From Candidatus Omnitrophota bacterium (GTDB lineage: Bacteria > Verrucomicrobiota > Kiritimatiellia > SS1-B-03-39 > UBA6053): a DNA stretch of 38,348 nt. This document shows positions 25,717-37,002 of this stretch, in pieces. Location: positions 1 through 38,348 of the forward strand of contig JBLIND010000010.1 in NCBI GenBank assembly GCA_047639095.1. Direction: 5' to 3'. Below the pieces are notes generated by a model that worked only from the letters and a program-made list of their open reading frames with translations, was not told the DNA's origin and did no database searches. Position 1 is the first letter of the stretch. Each line of letters opens with the position of its first letter. Made by a program: the position numbers and the translations under genes.

Positions 25717-26049
25717 TTGACCTGTCAAATCATGAACACGCGCTTCATCTATATGACCTCGGCAAGCCTCGAGGAGGCTCAACGTATCGGCCGCACCCTG
25801 GTCGAAGAATCCCTGGTTGCCTGCGTGAACCTGATGGAAGGTATGCAGTCCATCTACCGATGGGAAGGCGAGGTGTGCGAGGCCCGCGAGGTTGTTATCA
25901 TCGCGAAAACGCACGCGGATAAAGTGGAGGCCTTGATCGCCCGCGTGAAGGAGCTGCACAGCTACGAATGCCCCTGTATTGTGGTACTGCCCGTGCTCGA
26001 AGGGAACCCCGACTATTTGAAATGGATCCGTTGTGAGACGGAGGGCTGA
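25717..26049 (+). CDS. cutA: Divalent-cation tolerance protein CutA
   Basis: 110 aa. IYRWEGEVCEAREVVIIAKT and HSYECPCIVVLPVLEGNPDYLKWI match the CutA1 trimer-family blocks (YxWxG...E, HPYExP...GNxxYLxW). Alternative starts at 25732 or 25753 are possible. Confidence 0.75.
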   Translation: MTCQIMNTRFIYMTSASLEEAQRIGRTLVEESLVACVNLMEGMQSIYRWEGEVCEAREVVIIAKTHADKVEALIARVKELHSYECPCIVVLPVLEGNPDYLKWIRCETEG

Positions 26050-26050
26050 A

Positions 26051-27013
26051 TCACGGTGATGATCGCTGGTCGTACACCGTAGTGATGTTGGGTCCGGAAA
26101 TATATGCATTTTGCAGGTTATGCATGTCATCTACGAAGGCGAGCGCTTCGTCATTCACACCCGCTCCAGCCTCGATAAAAAGCGTCTCCAATTTCTGCAT
26201 ACGTGAAATGGTATAGATGCCCTGATTGTCATAGCTTCCCGGGCTCAGGTATAAGTGCTTAAGATTGGGCATGCGCGAAATGTGGGACAGACCGAGGTTC
26301 GTGAGTTTGTTCGATTTCGCAAAGTGAAGCGAAACCAGCTGACCCATGACCACGATGAGCTGAACCTGATCATCTGTGAGGTCCTGCGCTTCAAGGAGGA
26401 GCCCGGTCATTTTAGGCAGTTGGGCAAGTTCTTCCAGTCCGCCGCTTTGAAGTGAGAAGTTGGATAACGCCAGCCAGTTGAGGTTTTCGCACTCGCGCAG
26501 GCTTCGGATACCTTTGCCACTTATGGTGGTTTCGAGTAGGTTCAATCCTTGGAGCCCTTTGATGGAGGCCAGGTAGGTCATGCCGACATCCGTTACTTTG
26601 GTTTTGGATAGATCAATGATCGATAGATCCTTGATGAGATGCAGGTACTTCAAACCCTGGTTGGTAATCGCCGTGTCGCTCAGGCTGATATAGTCGGTCT
26701 GCAGGTAGTTCGCCATTTCGCGTAACTTCGTATCCGTGAGATCTTTTGCGGACCCGGCACGCGGCATGATTTTAATGTCACCAAAATAATTCAGGTCATT
26801 CAGGTGGGTAAAGGGATTGTGTTCATCCTTTACCGCCGACAAGGCATTTCGCTGTTCGACCACTTCGTATTTAACCACGCCGTCGTAGGTCTCGGTCGTT
26901 TCGATATACGTGCGCTTTTTTAACTCGAAGTCGAGCCAGGCATAGATGCCCCCGGCGGCGAGGGTCAGGACAAGGGTCCATACCACCGCGTGTTTTTTAC
27001 GTTGCGATTTCAT
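26051..27013 (-). CDS. Membrane-anchored leucine-rich-repeat (RNI/F-box-LRR-like) protein
   Basis: 320 aa with an N-terminal TM helix (VVWTLVLTLAAGGIYAWL). Repeated ~24-aa LRR units (LKYLHLIKDLSIIDLSKTKVTDVGMTYLASIKGLQGLNLLETTISGKGIRSL...LNWLALSNFSL...). By eye the gene is AT-richer than its flanks. Confidence 0.6.
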   Translation of the reverse strand: MKSQRKKHAVVWTLVLTLAAGGIYAWLDFELKKRTYIETTETYDGVVKYEVVEQRNALSAVKDEHNPFTHLNDLNYFGDIKIMPRAGSAKDLTDTKLREMANYLQTDYISLSDTAITNQGLKYLHLIKDLSIIDLSKTKVTDVGMTYLASIKGLQGLNLLETTISGKGIRSLRECENLNWLALSNFSLQSGGLEELAQLPKMTGLLLEAQDLTDDQVQLIVVMGQLVSLHFAKSNKLTNLGLSHISRMPNLKHLYLSPGSYDNQGIYTISRMQKLETLFIEAGAGVNDEALAFVDDMHNLQNAYISGPNITTVYDQRSSP

Positions 27014-27106
27014 GATGAGCTACTTGATCGTATCAGTTGCCGACTCGCTTATCGTACTGGATGACCTCGAGGACAGCTAGCCGTAAATGCATGGCTACAG
27101 CGTTAA

Positions 27107-29586
<2,480 letters not shown>

Positions 29587-30185
29587 GAAAACTTCCTTCC
29601 ATCGCCGAGGTCACCATATTCGAGTTCTGCTTTTCGACCCCGCGCATCATCATGCACAAGTGCTTCGCTTCCATCACGACGCCCACGCCGTTCGGTTCAA
29701 GCACCTCCATCAGCGTCTCGGCGATCTGATGGGTCAACCGTTCCTGAATCTGCAACCGGCGGCTGAAGAGGTCCGCAATGCGGGCAAGCTTGCTCACGCC
29801 CAGCACCTTTCCATTGGGAATGTACCCGATGTGAATCTTGCCAAAGAAGGGGAGCAGGTGGTGTTCGCACAGGCTGTAGACCTCGATATCCTTCACGATG
29901 ATCATGTCCCGTGCATCGACCTCGAACAGCGCCCCGTTCACGACATCCTCCACCTGCTGATCATAGCCCTGGGTGAGAAACTCCCAGGCCTTTTCGACCC
30001 GCTGTGGGGTGCGCTGCAGGCCCTCCCGATCGGGGTTTTCACCAATTTTGATAAGTAGTTCTCGAATAATATCCTGCATGCATGGCTCCTTTGAGCAGGG
30101 ATCGTTAGCGGCTGGCGTCCAGTAATTCAACGCAAATGCAGCCACAAGCCGGATCTAAAGTGCGTCGTTGGTATAGATTGGCTCG

Positions 30186-31085
30186 TTGTCTGCTACTTGT
30201 GTGGCGAACCAAAGAGAACGCGTGGAAACCAATACTGAAAAAATCTATTTACGTACCGCTGAAAAGGAAATCGGCCCCTTCACGCTGGAGGAAGCCGCGC
30301 TTTGCCTGGCTACGGGGCAAGTGAAAGAGCTCTCTCCGGCTCGCTTGGAAGGCGAGGAAACCAGTCGTGCGCTGAAATTCCATCCCATCTACGCAAAGAT
30401 GATAACGATTCAGGTCAAAATCCCCAAGCCGGATAAAAAAGCGGCGGGACCTAAACCCAAGCACATGGAGAGCAACTTTAAGCCGGAGACCAGTGGGAAC
30501 GTAAAGGCCTTAATCATCATTCTCGTCTTGATCGCTTTGATCCCCCTGTCGAAATTCGGATTGGGATTGCTGTCGAATGGCAAAGCCAAAAAAGAGGCCG
30601 ATGCATTTAATCTCGCATTCAGCTCCCAAGCCAGTGGGGACACGGCCGCTGCCCAGATGGCGTACGTTGCCATCCTCGAAGACGAAAAGAATGTAGAAGA
30701 TGGCGATCTGCTGTACCGAGTTCGTACGCACCTCGCCGTTATTATCCTTGATAAGAATACGATGGGGGCCATCGGTCAGCTGAGGAAGATTCCGCGTGGT
30801 GTGGCGGTACCAAATGCCGATACCGAGTTTGCCAAAAACTTTTCAGGTCTGTTCTCAAAACAGCATCCCGGATATCAGCAAAGGTACTGGGATCACCGGA
30901 AGAAATTTCCGGATCATTATCCGGGCCTGGTAGCAGATGCCTGGTTGTACGCCGGAAAAATGCCGGGCATCAAAGCGAATCCCGGTGAGCGTCAAAAGGT
31001 GCTGCAGAAGATAAGTAGCCTCAATGCGAATCCGGCCGCGGTCACCGATGCTCAGGCCAGCGCATCTGAGCCTTCCAGCACCTGA
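30186..31085 (+). CDS. Hypothetical membrane protein with an N-terminal DUF4339/GYF-like cytoplasmic domain
   Basis: 299 aa. IYLRTAEKEIGPFTLEEAALCLATGQVKELSPARLEGEETSRAL resembles the short GYF-like DUF4339 module. It has one TM helix (ALIIILVLIALIPL) and a C-terminal soluble region. The start is uncertain. Confidence 0.45.
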   Translation: MSATCVANQRERVETNTEKIYLRTAEKEIGPFTLEEAALCLATGQVKELSPARLEGEETSRALKFHPIYAKMITIQVKIPKPDKKAAGPKPKHMESNFKPETSGNVKALIIILVLIALIPLSKFGLGLLSNGKAKKEADAFNLAFSSQASGDTAAAQMAYVAILEDEKNVEDGDLLYRVRTHLAVIILDKNTMGAIGQLRKIPRGVAVPNADTEFAKNFSGLFSKQHPGYQQRYWDHRKKFPDHYPGLVADAWLYAGKMPGIKANPGERQKVLQKISSLNANPAAVTDAQASASEPSST

Positions 31086-31089
31086 GGTG

Positions 31090-31497
31090 TTACTTCAGGT
31101 CTACGCCACCCCACACAATGGTGTATTTTTCGCAATGGATGACCAGACTCTTGTAGTCATCCAACTTTACACCTGATGGCAAGGGGTACCGTTGCTCCCC
31201 CTTGGCGCTCTGCAGCTCGCCCACCAGTTTCCCCGTGGCCTCGACCGGATCTTTCTTCCCGAGTTCGCCCATCGGCTTGGCGTGGAGAAAGAGTTTAAGG
31301 TCCGGCCCCTTGGACGTCTTGAAATCCGATTGCAAAATCAATGAGGTGAGCCCTGCCTCTTCAACGATCTTCCAACTGCCCGAGGTCTTTTTGCTCTTGT
31401 TCACCCAGGTCTCTCCCGCGCGATGGATTTGCTCCGCCGATTGGGCCGAGGACAGGGTGATGAACAGGCTGGAGAGCATGATGAGTAGGGTGCGCAT
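31090..31497 (-). CDS. DM13-domain secreted protein
   Basis: 135 aa with the signal peptide MRTLLIMLSSLFITLSSAQS. SGSWKIVEEAGLTSLILQSDFKTSKGPDLKLFL and HCEKYTIVWGG fit the DM13 beta domain (G.v.i...g...L.l..dF.t..GPdL.v.L). Confidence 0.55.
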   Translation of the reverse strand: MRTLLIMLSSLFITLSSAQSAEQIHRAGETWVNKSKKTSGSWKIVEEAGLTSLILQSDFKTSKGPDLKLFLHAKPMGELGKKDPVEATGKLVGELQSAKGEQRYPLPSGVKLDDYKSLVIHCEKYTIVWGGVDLK

Positions 31498-31659
31498 GAG
31501 AATTTCCTTCGTTTAGCTTCTTTTGCTGACTTTGTCGAAAAGGTCAGACTCACCTTACGCATTTAATCGTGTAAGGATCCGGTTCGTGTCTCGACTGCAG
31601 ACACATGAGATTACGTGTAGCCTTGTGTGGACCTTTACAGAATCGGTATAAAGACATTC

Positions 31660-32031
31660 ATGCTTCACGTTGAAGAAATTTGCACCAACCTGGCAATTGT
31701 GCTGATGGCGGTAGGGGTGCTGGTCATCATGTTGGGTGGGGTGAAAACACTCATCGGTTATGCGGTCTACGAATTCCGCCATCTATTCTCATTGAAAAAT
31801 GAACTCGCCCTCGACGAGCTCCGCAGCAATTTTGGTGCGTATCTGTTACTCGGCCTGGAATTCTCTGTTGCCGCCGATATCATTGCAACCTTTGTCGAGC
31901 CGACGCAGGAAAAGCTCATTGCGCTGGTGGTTTTAGTGATCATTCGAACCCTGATATCCTATTTCATCGGCAAGGAACGCATCGAAGTCCGACAGGAGTT
32001 TGCCGAAGTGAACCACGAGGAAATGCTTTAA
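31660..32031 (+). CDS. DUF1622-family small membrane protein
   Basis: The conserved LLLGLEFSVAADIIATF block in a 3-4 TM protein. The start is taken at MLHVEEICTNL (31660); the track start at 31627 is possible. Its stop overlaps the next gene's ATG by 1 nt (TAATG at 32029-32033). Confidence 0.55.
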   Translation: MLHVEEICTNLAIVLMAVGVLVIMLGGVKTLIGYAVYEFRHLFSLKNELALDELRSNFGAYLLLGLEFSVAADIIATFVEPTQEKLIALVVLVIIRTLISYFIGKERIEVRQEFAEVNHEEML

Positions 32032-33662
32032 TGCCTGATGATACCCGTCCCGTAGCCCTCGCGCCCCTGGGTGATATTCAGGATCGGAAACCCCACCACG
32101 CCAGAGTGGGGGGAGTCGACCTCGTCATCGTGCAATACGACGACAACATTACCGTCTTGTACGGACGTTGCGCGCATCGCGGTGCCTTGATGTCGGATGG
32201 GTATGTCGAGGGCAACAATCTCATCTGTGGCGTACACTACTGGGATTACCGCCTGGATACCGGCATCAGTGAATACAACAACGCCGAACAGCTGGCAAAG
32301 TTCACCTCCTGGGTGAAAGATGATCAGGTCTGGGTCGATGGCAATGAAATTGCCGCGTGGGAGCGGGAGCATCCGCAGCCGTTCAATCATGACAGCTACC
32401 AGGGAGCCTATCAGGATCCGACGGGCACGTCCGACGAACCCCATGTCAAACTTATCCGAAAACTGGCCAACGATGGGCTGGAAAAGATGGGGCATCACGG
32501 CCCGTCTGGTGCGATGGGCGTTTCCCGCAACGTGTTGCCCGCCTGGGATGACATCCAGTTTATCACTGCTCAGCTCCACAAGCTGCCTCTGTTGGATGAG
32601 GTGCCGGTTCACACTGGCGTGGTCATCGGACCCGCAGCTAAAAAACCGCTCCATCTGGATATTCCGCTGTTTGTCTCTGACATGAGCTTTGGCGCGCTTT
32701 CCGAAGAAGCGAAGGTCGCCCTGTCGAAGGGGGCCGAGCTGGCAGGCACAGGAATCTGCAGCGGCGAAGGGGGCATGCTGCCGGAAGAGCACGCTGCGAA
32801 CAGTCGGTACTTTTACGAGCTGGCTTCGGGTCGCTTCGGCTTTTCCATGGAAAAGCTGGCGAAGGTCCAGGCCTTCCACTTCAAGTGCGGCCAGGCCGCG
32901 AAGACCGGCACCGGCGGTCATTTGCCGGGCAACAAGGTCCTGGGCAAAATTGCCGAAGTACGCGGACTCCCGGAAGGCGAAGCCGCGGTCTCGCCGGCTC
33001 GGTTTCCCGACTGGGACGACATCAAGTACTATATCGATTTCACCGCCCAGGTTCGTGAGTACACGGGAGGTATCCCGATTGGTTACAAACTCTCTGCTCA
33101 ACACATCGAAAAGGATATTGATACCGCGGTAGAAGCAGGTGCCGATTACATCATCCTGGATGGCCGGGGTGGGGGCACCGGTTCCGCTCCACTGATCTTT
33201 CGCGACAACATTTCCGTTCCGACCATTCCCGCCCTGGCCCGGGCGCACAAACATCTGCTTGCACTGGGGGTAAAAGATCGGGTCAGCCTGATCATCACGG
33301 GTGGACTCCGGGTCCCGGCAGATTTCGCCAAAGCCCTGGCGCTGGGCGCTGACGCCATTGCCGTATCGAACGCCGCTCTGCAGGCCATTGGCTGTCTGGG
33401 CATGCGTGCCTGTCATACGAACAATTGCCCGGTCGGGATTGCGACCCAGCGCGAAGATCTGCGAGCACGTCTCGAAATCGGCATCGCCGCCAAACGCCTC
33501 GAGCGCTTTTTTAACGCATCAACCGAACTGGTGGGCGTGTTGGCCCGCGCCTGTGGCCATGATGACCTGACCCAGTTCAGTCAAGAAGACCTCACCACCT
33601 TTGATCGCGATATGGCTTACCTGACGGGCATTGCGTATGGTGGCGTGGTCCCTTTGTCATGA
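32031..33662 (+). CDS. Rieske [2Fe-2S] domain fused to a glutamate-synthase (GltS) FMN-binding-domain-like oxidoreductase
   Basis: 543 aa. The N-terminal Rieske ligands CAHRG...(17)...CGVHYWDY form C-x-H...C-x-x-H. The core matches GltS domain 2: FVSDMSFGALS, GICSGEGG, KCGQAAKTGTGGHLPG, ILDGRGGGTGSAP, ITGGLR and NCPVGIATQ (the FMN/Fe-S region). Confidence 0.8.
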   Translation: MPDDTRPVALAPLGDIQDRKPHHARVGGVDLVIVQYDDNITVLYGRCAHRGALMSDGYVEGNNLICGVHYWDYRLDTGISEYNNAEQLAKFTSWVKDDQVWVDGNEIAAWEREHPQPFNHDSYQGAYQDPTGTSDEPHVKLIRKLANDGLEKMGHHGPSGAMGVSRNVLPAWDDIQFITAQLHKLPLLDEVPVHTGVVIGPAAKKPLHLDIPLFVSDMSFGALSEEAKVALSKGAELAGTGICSGEGGMLPEEHAANSRYFYELASGRFGFSMEKLAKVQAFHFKCGQAAKTGTGGHLPGNKVLGKIAEVRGLPEGEAAVSPARFPDWDDIKYYIDFTAQVREYTGGIPIGYKLSAQHIEKDIDTAVEAGADYIILDGRGGGTGSAPLIFRDNISVPTIPALARAHKHLLALGVKDRVSLIITGGLRVPADFAKALALGADAIAVSNAALQAIGCLGMRACHTNNCPVGIATQREDLRARLEIGIAAKRLERFFNASTELVGVLARACGHDDLTQFSQEDLTTFDRDMAYLTGIAYGGVVPLS

Positions 33663-33696
33663 ACGCAGCTGGAGAGATGTGAAGGACGTCGTGGAA

Positions 33697-33951
33697 ATGG
33701 TATTAGGCATCACCGGGATTTACCTCGCACTTGGGTTGGTGTTTGCCATTCCCTTCGTGTTCAAAGGGGCCGCCCGGATCGATCCCGCCGCGAAGGGATC
33801 AAGCTGGGGTTTCAAGCTTTTGGTCATTCCAGGTGTGATGGCCCTATGGCCGTTGCTGGCCAGGCGGTGGCTGAGTGGAAAAACCCAACCTCCTGAGGAA
33901 TGTGGGCCTCATCGCAACTGTGGCACCTGCAGCAAAGGTGGAGGCGCGTGA
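33697..33951 (+). CDS. Small two-TM membrane protein (hypothetical)
   Basis: MVLGITGIYLALGLVFAIPFVF...FKLLVIPGVMALWPLLA. It is tightly packed between operon genes. The start is taken after the upstream stop at 33662; the longer frame to 33631 overlaps that gene. Confidence 0.35.
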   Translation: MVLGITGIYLALGLVFAIPFVFKGAARIDPAAKGSSWGFKLLVIPGVMALWPLLARRWLSGKTQPPEECGPHRNCGTCSKGGGA

Positions 33952-33965
33952 ATCGTCCTCGGCGG

Positions 33966-34109
33966 ATGGCGCATCGCGTCGTATGGTGGGTGATCCTGGT
34001 GGCCGTCCCGGTCTTTATTTATGTCGCCATTACCGGACGCCAGCCCATTGAGCCCATGGACGCTCTGCCGGACCTGAGCATCCCGGTGACGGGAGACCAG
34101 CAGCCATGA
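33966..34109 (+). CDS. Very small single-TM protein (hypothetical)
   Basis: MAHRVVWWVILVAVPVFIYVAITG... Its stop overlaps the next gene's ATG (ATGA at 34106-34109). Support is weak (size only). Confidence 0.25.
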   Translation: MAHRVVWWVILVAVPVFIYVAITGRQPIEPMDALPDLSIPVTGDQQP

Positions 34110-35158
34110 GTCACGCGTATAAAGCCGTCGGATGGAACCGCCAGAAGAAGATCTACGACCGCATCCTGCTGGCGGGCGTGCTGCTTTACCTGGTGCTCTT
34201 TGTTGGTTTAGGCATGGTCTTGAATCCGAGTGCCGCGATTGAGACCATGTTGATTCGCGGACTGGGAACATGCGCGTTTGTCCTGTTGCATTTGATCCTG
34301 TCCATTGGACCCATGGCCCGGCTGGACCGGCGATGGTTACCGCTCCTCTACAACCGACGCCACATGGGCGTAACCCTGTTCATGCTGGGCTTGTTGCATG
34401 GGTTGTTTGCGCTGGTGCAGTACCACGGCTTTGGCGATACCAACCCTCTGGTGAGTTTGTTCTCAGCGAATACAAATTTCAGTAGCGTCTCCCAATTTCC
34501 GTTTCAGCCTCTGGGCTTTTTTGCCCTGGTGATTCTGTTTCTCATGGCCGCCACCAGTCATGATTTCTGGCTGGCCAATCTTTCCGCTCCGGTGTGGAAG
34601 AGCATTCATATGCTGGTCTATCTGGCGTACGTTTTGTTGCTGGCGCACGTCTTCCTCGGCTTCCTCCAGGCCGAGACCAGTCCGGTGCTGACCGGGCTGT
34701 TTGCCTTGGGAGCGGCCTGGATCAGTATCATCCACGTGATTTCGGGGAATAAAGAGGCCCGGATGGATCGGGAAGGTGATTTCAGAAAAGACGAAGACGG
34801 TTATCTGGAGGTTTGTGGCATCGATGAAATTCCGGAGATGCGTGCAAAGGTCTTCGTCCTCTCAGGGGACCGCGTGGCGGTGTTTAAATACGAGGGGAAG
34901 ATTTCAGCGATCTCCAACGCCTGCCAGCATCAGAACGGCCCCCTGGGTGAAGGCCGAATTATCGGTGGTTTCGTCACCTGTCCCTGGCATGGCTATCAGT
35001 ACGAGCCCGATACGGGTTTGTCGCCGCCACCCTTTACGGAGAAGGTGCCGACCTTTAATGTGAAGGTTGTAGCCGGTCGGGTCTGGGTCGATCCAAACCC
35101 AAATCCTGCAGGCACGCGGGTCGAACCCGCGTTGGTCCAACCGGAGGCCGGGTCATGA
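34106..35158 (+). CDS. Ferric-reductase-like (FRD/MsrQ-type, predicted dihaem) 6-TM domain fused to a C-terminal Rieske [2Fe-2S] domain
   Basis: 350 aa with six hydrophobic helices. Paired His are positioned as in FRD haem ligands (LLHLILS...HMGVTL; SHDFWLA...IHMLVYLAYVLLLAHVF). The C-terminal CQHQNGPL...CPWHGYQY is a Rieske C-x-H/C-x-x-H pair. An ATGA overlap links it to the next gene. Confidence 0.7.
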   Translation: MSHAYKAVGWNRQKKIYDRILLAGVLLYLVLFVGLGMVLNPSAAIETMLIRGLGTCAFVLLHLILSIGPMARLDRRWLPLLYNRRHMGVTLFMLGLLHGLFALVQYHGFGDTNPLVSLFSANTNFSSVSQFPFQPLGFFALVILFLMAATSHDFWLANLSAPVWKSIHMLVYLAYVLLLAHVFLGFLQAETSPVLTGLFALGAAWISIIHVISGNKEARMDREGDFRKDEDGYLEVCGIDEIPEMRAKVFVLSGDRVAVFKYEGKISAISNACQHQNGPLGEGRIIGGFVTCPWHGYQYEPDTGLSPPPFTEKVPTFNVKVVAGRVWVDPNPNPAGTRVEPALVQPEAGS

Positions 35159-35919
35159 GTCGAAAAGGGGAGGACGATTTCTACGTCGGGTACATGAAGA
35201 CGGCTCCCGCAGCGCTAGGCGCGGTCATGCGGAAATGGGTGGTCCTTATGATCATCATTACGGCGATTGTTGCCACGGCGATAAGCCTCAGCCAAAAGCC
35301 TTTTCGCACAGGCGTTTTCGAGTTTGGAACGGTCGACGCCTACCTCGGAATCGTTCGACTGGACCCCGTGCCCGTCGCCATGGCCAACAAGCGATGGGCG
35401 GACGTGTCGTTTGACGAAAAGCCGTACTATCTCCTGGTGAACCAGGGGAAATTCGGCGCGGCAGCACTTTTTGAAGGCATGGATGGCGCGTGCGTCAGCT
35501 TTGACGCTACCCGGATCTATCGCGATGGACAGCAAATGCTGGAAGTGGTTCCGGGTTCCGTGGTGAAGGACGGGGCGTCCTTCACGGATGACGCGCTGAC
35601 CCGTGTGATCGGACAACATACCTTTCGCGGCGAAATCGTAGACAGTAAGTGTTACCTGGGCGTCATGAATCCCGGCAACCTGAAGACCCATAAGGCCTGT
35701 GCGATCCGCTGCATATCCGGCGGTGTTCCGCCTGTGCTGGTGGTTCGTGATATCGATGACGACGTACGCTACCTCATCCTCATTGGACCCAACGGCGAAG
35801 CCATGAACGAGCATGTGCTGGATAAGATCGCCGAGCCAGTCGAGATTTCAGGAACCGTCGAAGAGCGGGGCGGTTTTTTTTATCTGCGAGCCGGCCCCGA
35901 TGCGATCAAGCGAATGTGA
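35155..35919 (+). CDS. Hypothetical membrane-anchored protein with a Cys cluster (CYLGV...HKACAIRCISGG)
   Basis: 254 aa with an N-terminal TM (WVVLMIIITAIVATAI), then a soluble domain. It is the last gene of the coupled operon. No motif I recognise. Confidence 0.45.
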   Translation: MSRKGEDDFYVGYMKTAPAALGAVMRKWVVLMIIITAIVATAISLSQKPFRTGVFEFGTVDAYLGIVRLDPVPVAMANKRWADVSFDEKPYYLLVNQGKFGAAALFEGMDGACVSFDATRIYRDGQQMLEVVPGSVVKDGASFTDDALTRVIGQHTFRGEIVDSKCYLGVMNPGNLKTHKACAIRCISGGVPPVLVVRDIDDDVRYLILIGPNGEAMNEHVLDKIAEPVEISGTVEERGGFFYLRAGPDAIKRM

Positions 35920-36038
35920 CGGGAACGGTTAGGCCGCTCTGTAGCATGGCTGTCCCCAGCCGTGGCCCCATATCCGACATTCATACGGTCGTGCACAATT
36001 GAACTGCACAGGACGGAAGTTTTTGAGGGGTGCTTTTG

Positions 36039-36070
36039 CTGTCCCCGGGTGCAAGGGACATGGGGGACAG
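36039..36070. other. Stem-loop CTGTCCCC-N16-GGGGACAG in the convergent intergenic gap; a third CTGTCCCC copy lies at 35949-35956
   Basis: Perfect 8-bp arms. It lies between the + strand operon end (35919) and the exbD end (36127). No flanking U-tract, so it is not a canonical intrinsic terminator. Confidence 0.3.
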
Positions 36071-36126
36071 ATAACGCCAAGCAACTCCTGCCTCGTCGCA
36101 AGGCTTTTATCTATCCTACGTTGGGC

Positions 36127-36570
36127 TTAGTCGCCCATACCGAAGGTCATGTGCTTCAGGCCGGCGGCCTGGCATGCATTCATGACATCGACCACGCGCT
36201 GATGCAGGGTGTCGCCGGTAGCCTGGATGGTCACCAGGGCCTTGGTCTGCTGGCTGTCGCTGGCTTCTTTGTACTTTTTCAACGTAGCGACAAGGCGGGG
36301 CAGGTCACGACCGCCGTCGGTTCCAAATTGCTCGTTGTTCAGGAACACCAGGCCTTCCGCATCCAGATCAATGATCTGTTCGGCGGGCATTTTGACTTCC
36401 TTGGATTGCTTGACCGTTCCCGGGAGCTGGATGCCGATGTCGGACTCGGGAAGTTTGAGCGTCATGGTGACGATGAAGTAGATCAGCAGCAGGAAAACCA
36501 CGTCGATCAACGAGGAGATTTGCAACTCCTCGCTGGCTTCATTCAATTCGTCTGATCCGTCTTCAAACAT
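36127..36570 (-). CDS. exbD: ExbD/TolR-family biopolymer transport protein (second paralogue)
   Basis: 147 aa. SSLIDVVFLLLIYFIVT TM, then a periplasmic domain. It sits immediately after another ExbD and ExbB. Confidence 0.8.
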   Translation of the reverse strand: MFEDGSDELNEASEELQISSLIDVVFLLLIYFIVTMTLKLPESDIGIQLPGTVKQSKEVKMPAEQIIDLDAEGLVFLNNEQFGTDGGRDLPRLVATLKKYKEASDSQQTKALVTIQATGDTLHQRVVDVMNACQAAGLKHMTFGMGD

Positions 36571-36576
36571 AACGCG

Positions 36577-36996
36577 TCACTTGGGTGCTGCAGGGTCTTT
36601 CTCGAAGGTGGCAAAAATGATTTCTGATGCGCCGACACTGGCGCAGCCTTTCATGACATCGCGCACATGCTCGTGGCGAACCCCGGCATCCGCACGCAGA
36701 AAGATTTTCAGGTCGGGCAGTCTCAGTTTCAGATCCTTGATGCGCTCGGTCATCCGCTCAAGCTCATATTTCTCCGTGCCCAGCCAGACCTGGCCATCCT
36801 TATCCACGGTCACATTCTGACGGTGGATAGGCTTTTTCTCCATCTTGGCGTTCGACGCGATCGGGACATCGATCGTGATCTTTTCCATCTGCTTCTGGCT
36901 TGAAGTCACCATGAAGAAAATAAGTAAGAGGAAGACCATGTCGATCATGGGGGCCATGTCGACTTCGTCGTCGCGCGCATTTTCTGGGAGTTGCAT
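36577..36996 (-). CDS. exbD: ExbD/TolR-family biopolymer transport protein
   Basis: 139 aa. MAPMIDMVFLLLIFFMVT is the canonical ExbD N-terminus/TM. Confidence 0.8.
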   Translation of the reverse strand: MQLPENARDDEVDMAPMIDMVFLLLIFFMVTSSQKQMEKITIDVPIASNAKMEKKPIHRQNVTVDKDGQVWLGTEKYELERMTERIKDLKLRLPDLKIFLRADAGVRHEHVRDVMKGCASVGASEIIFATFEKDPAAPK

Positions 36997-37002
36997 GCCG
37001 GT

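Noticed and set aside
35962-36555. + strand 197-aa ORF antisense to exbD
   Set aside because: The minus-strand product is an unmistakable ExbD (SSLIDVVFLLLIYFIV).
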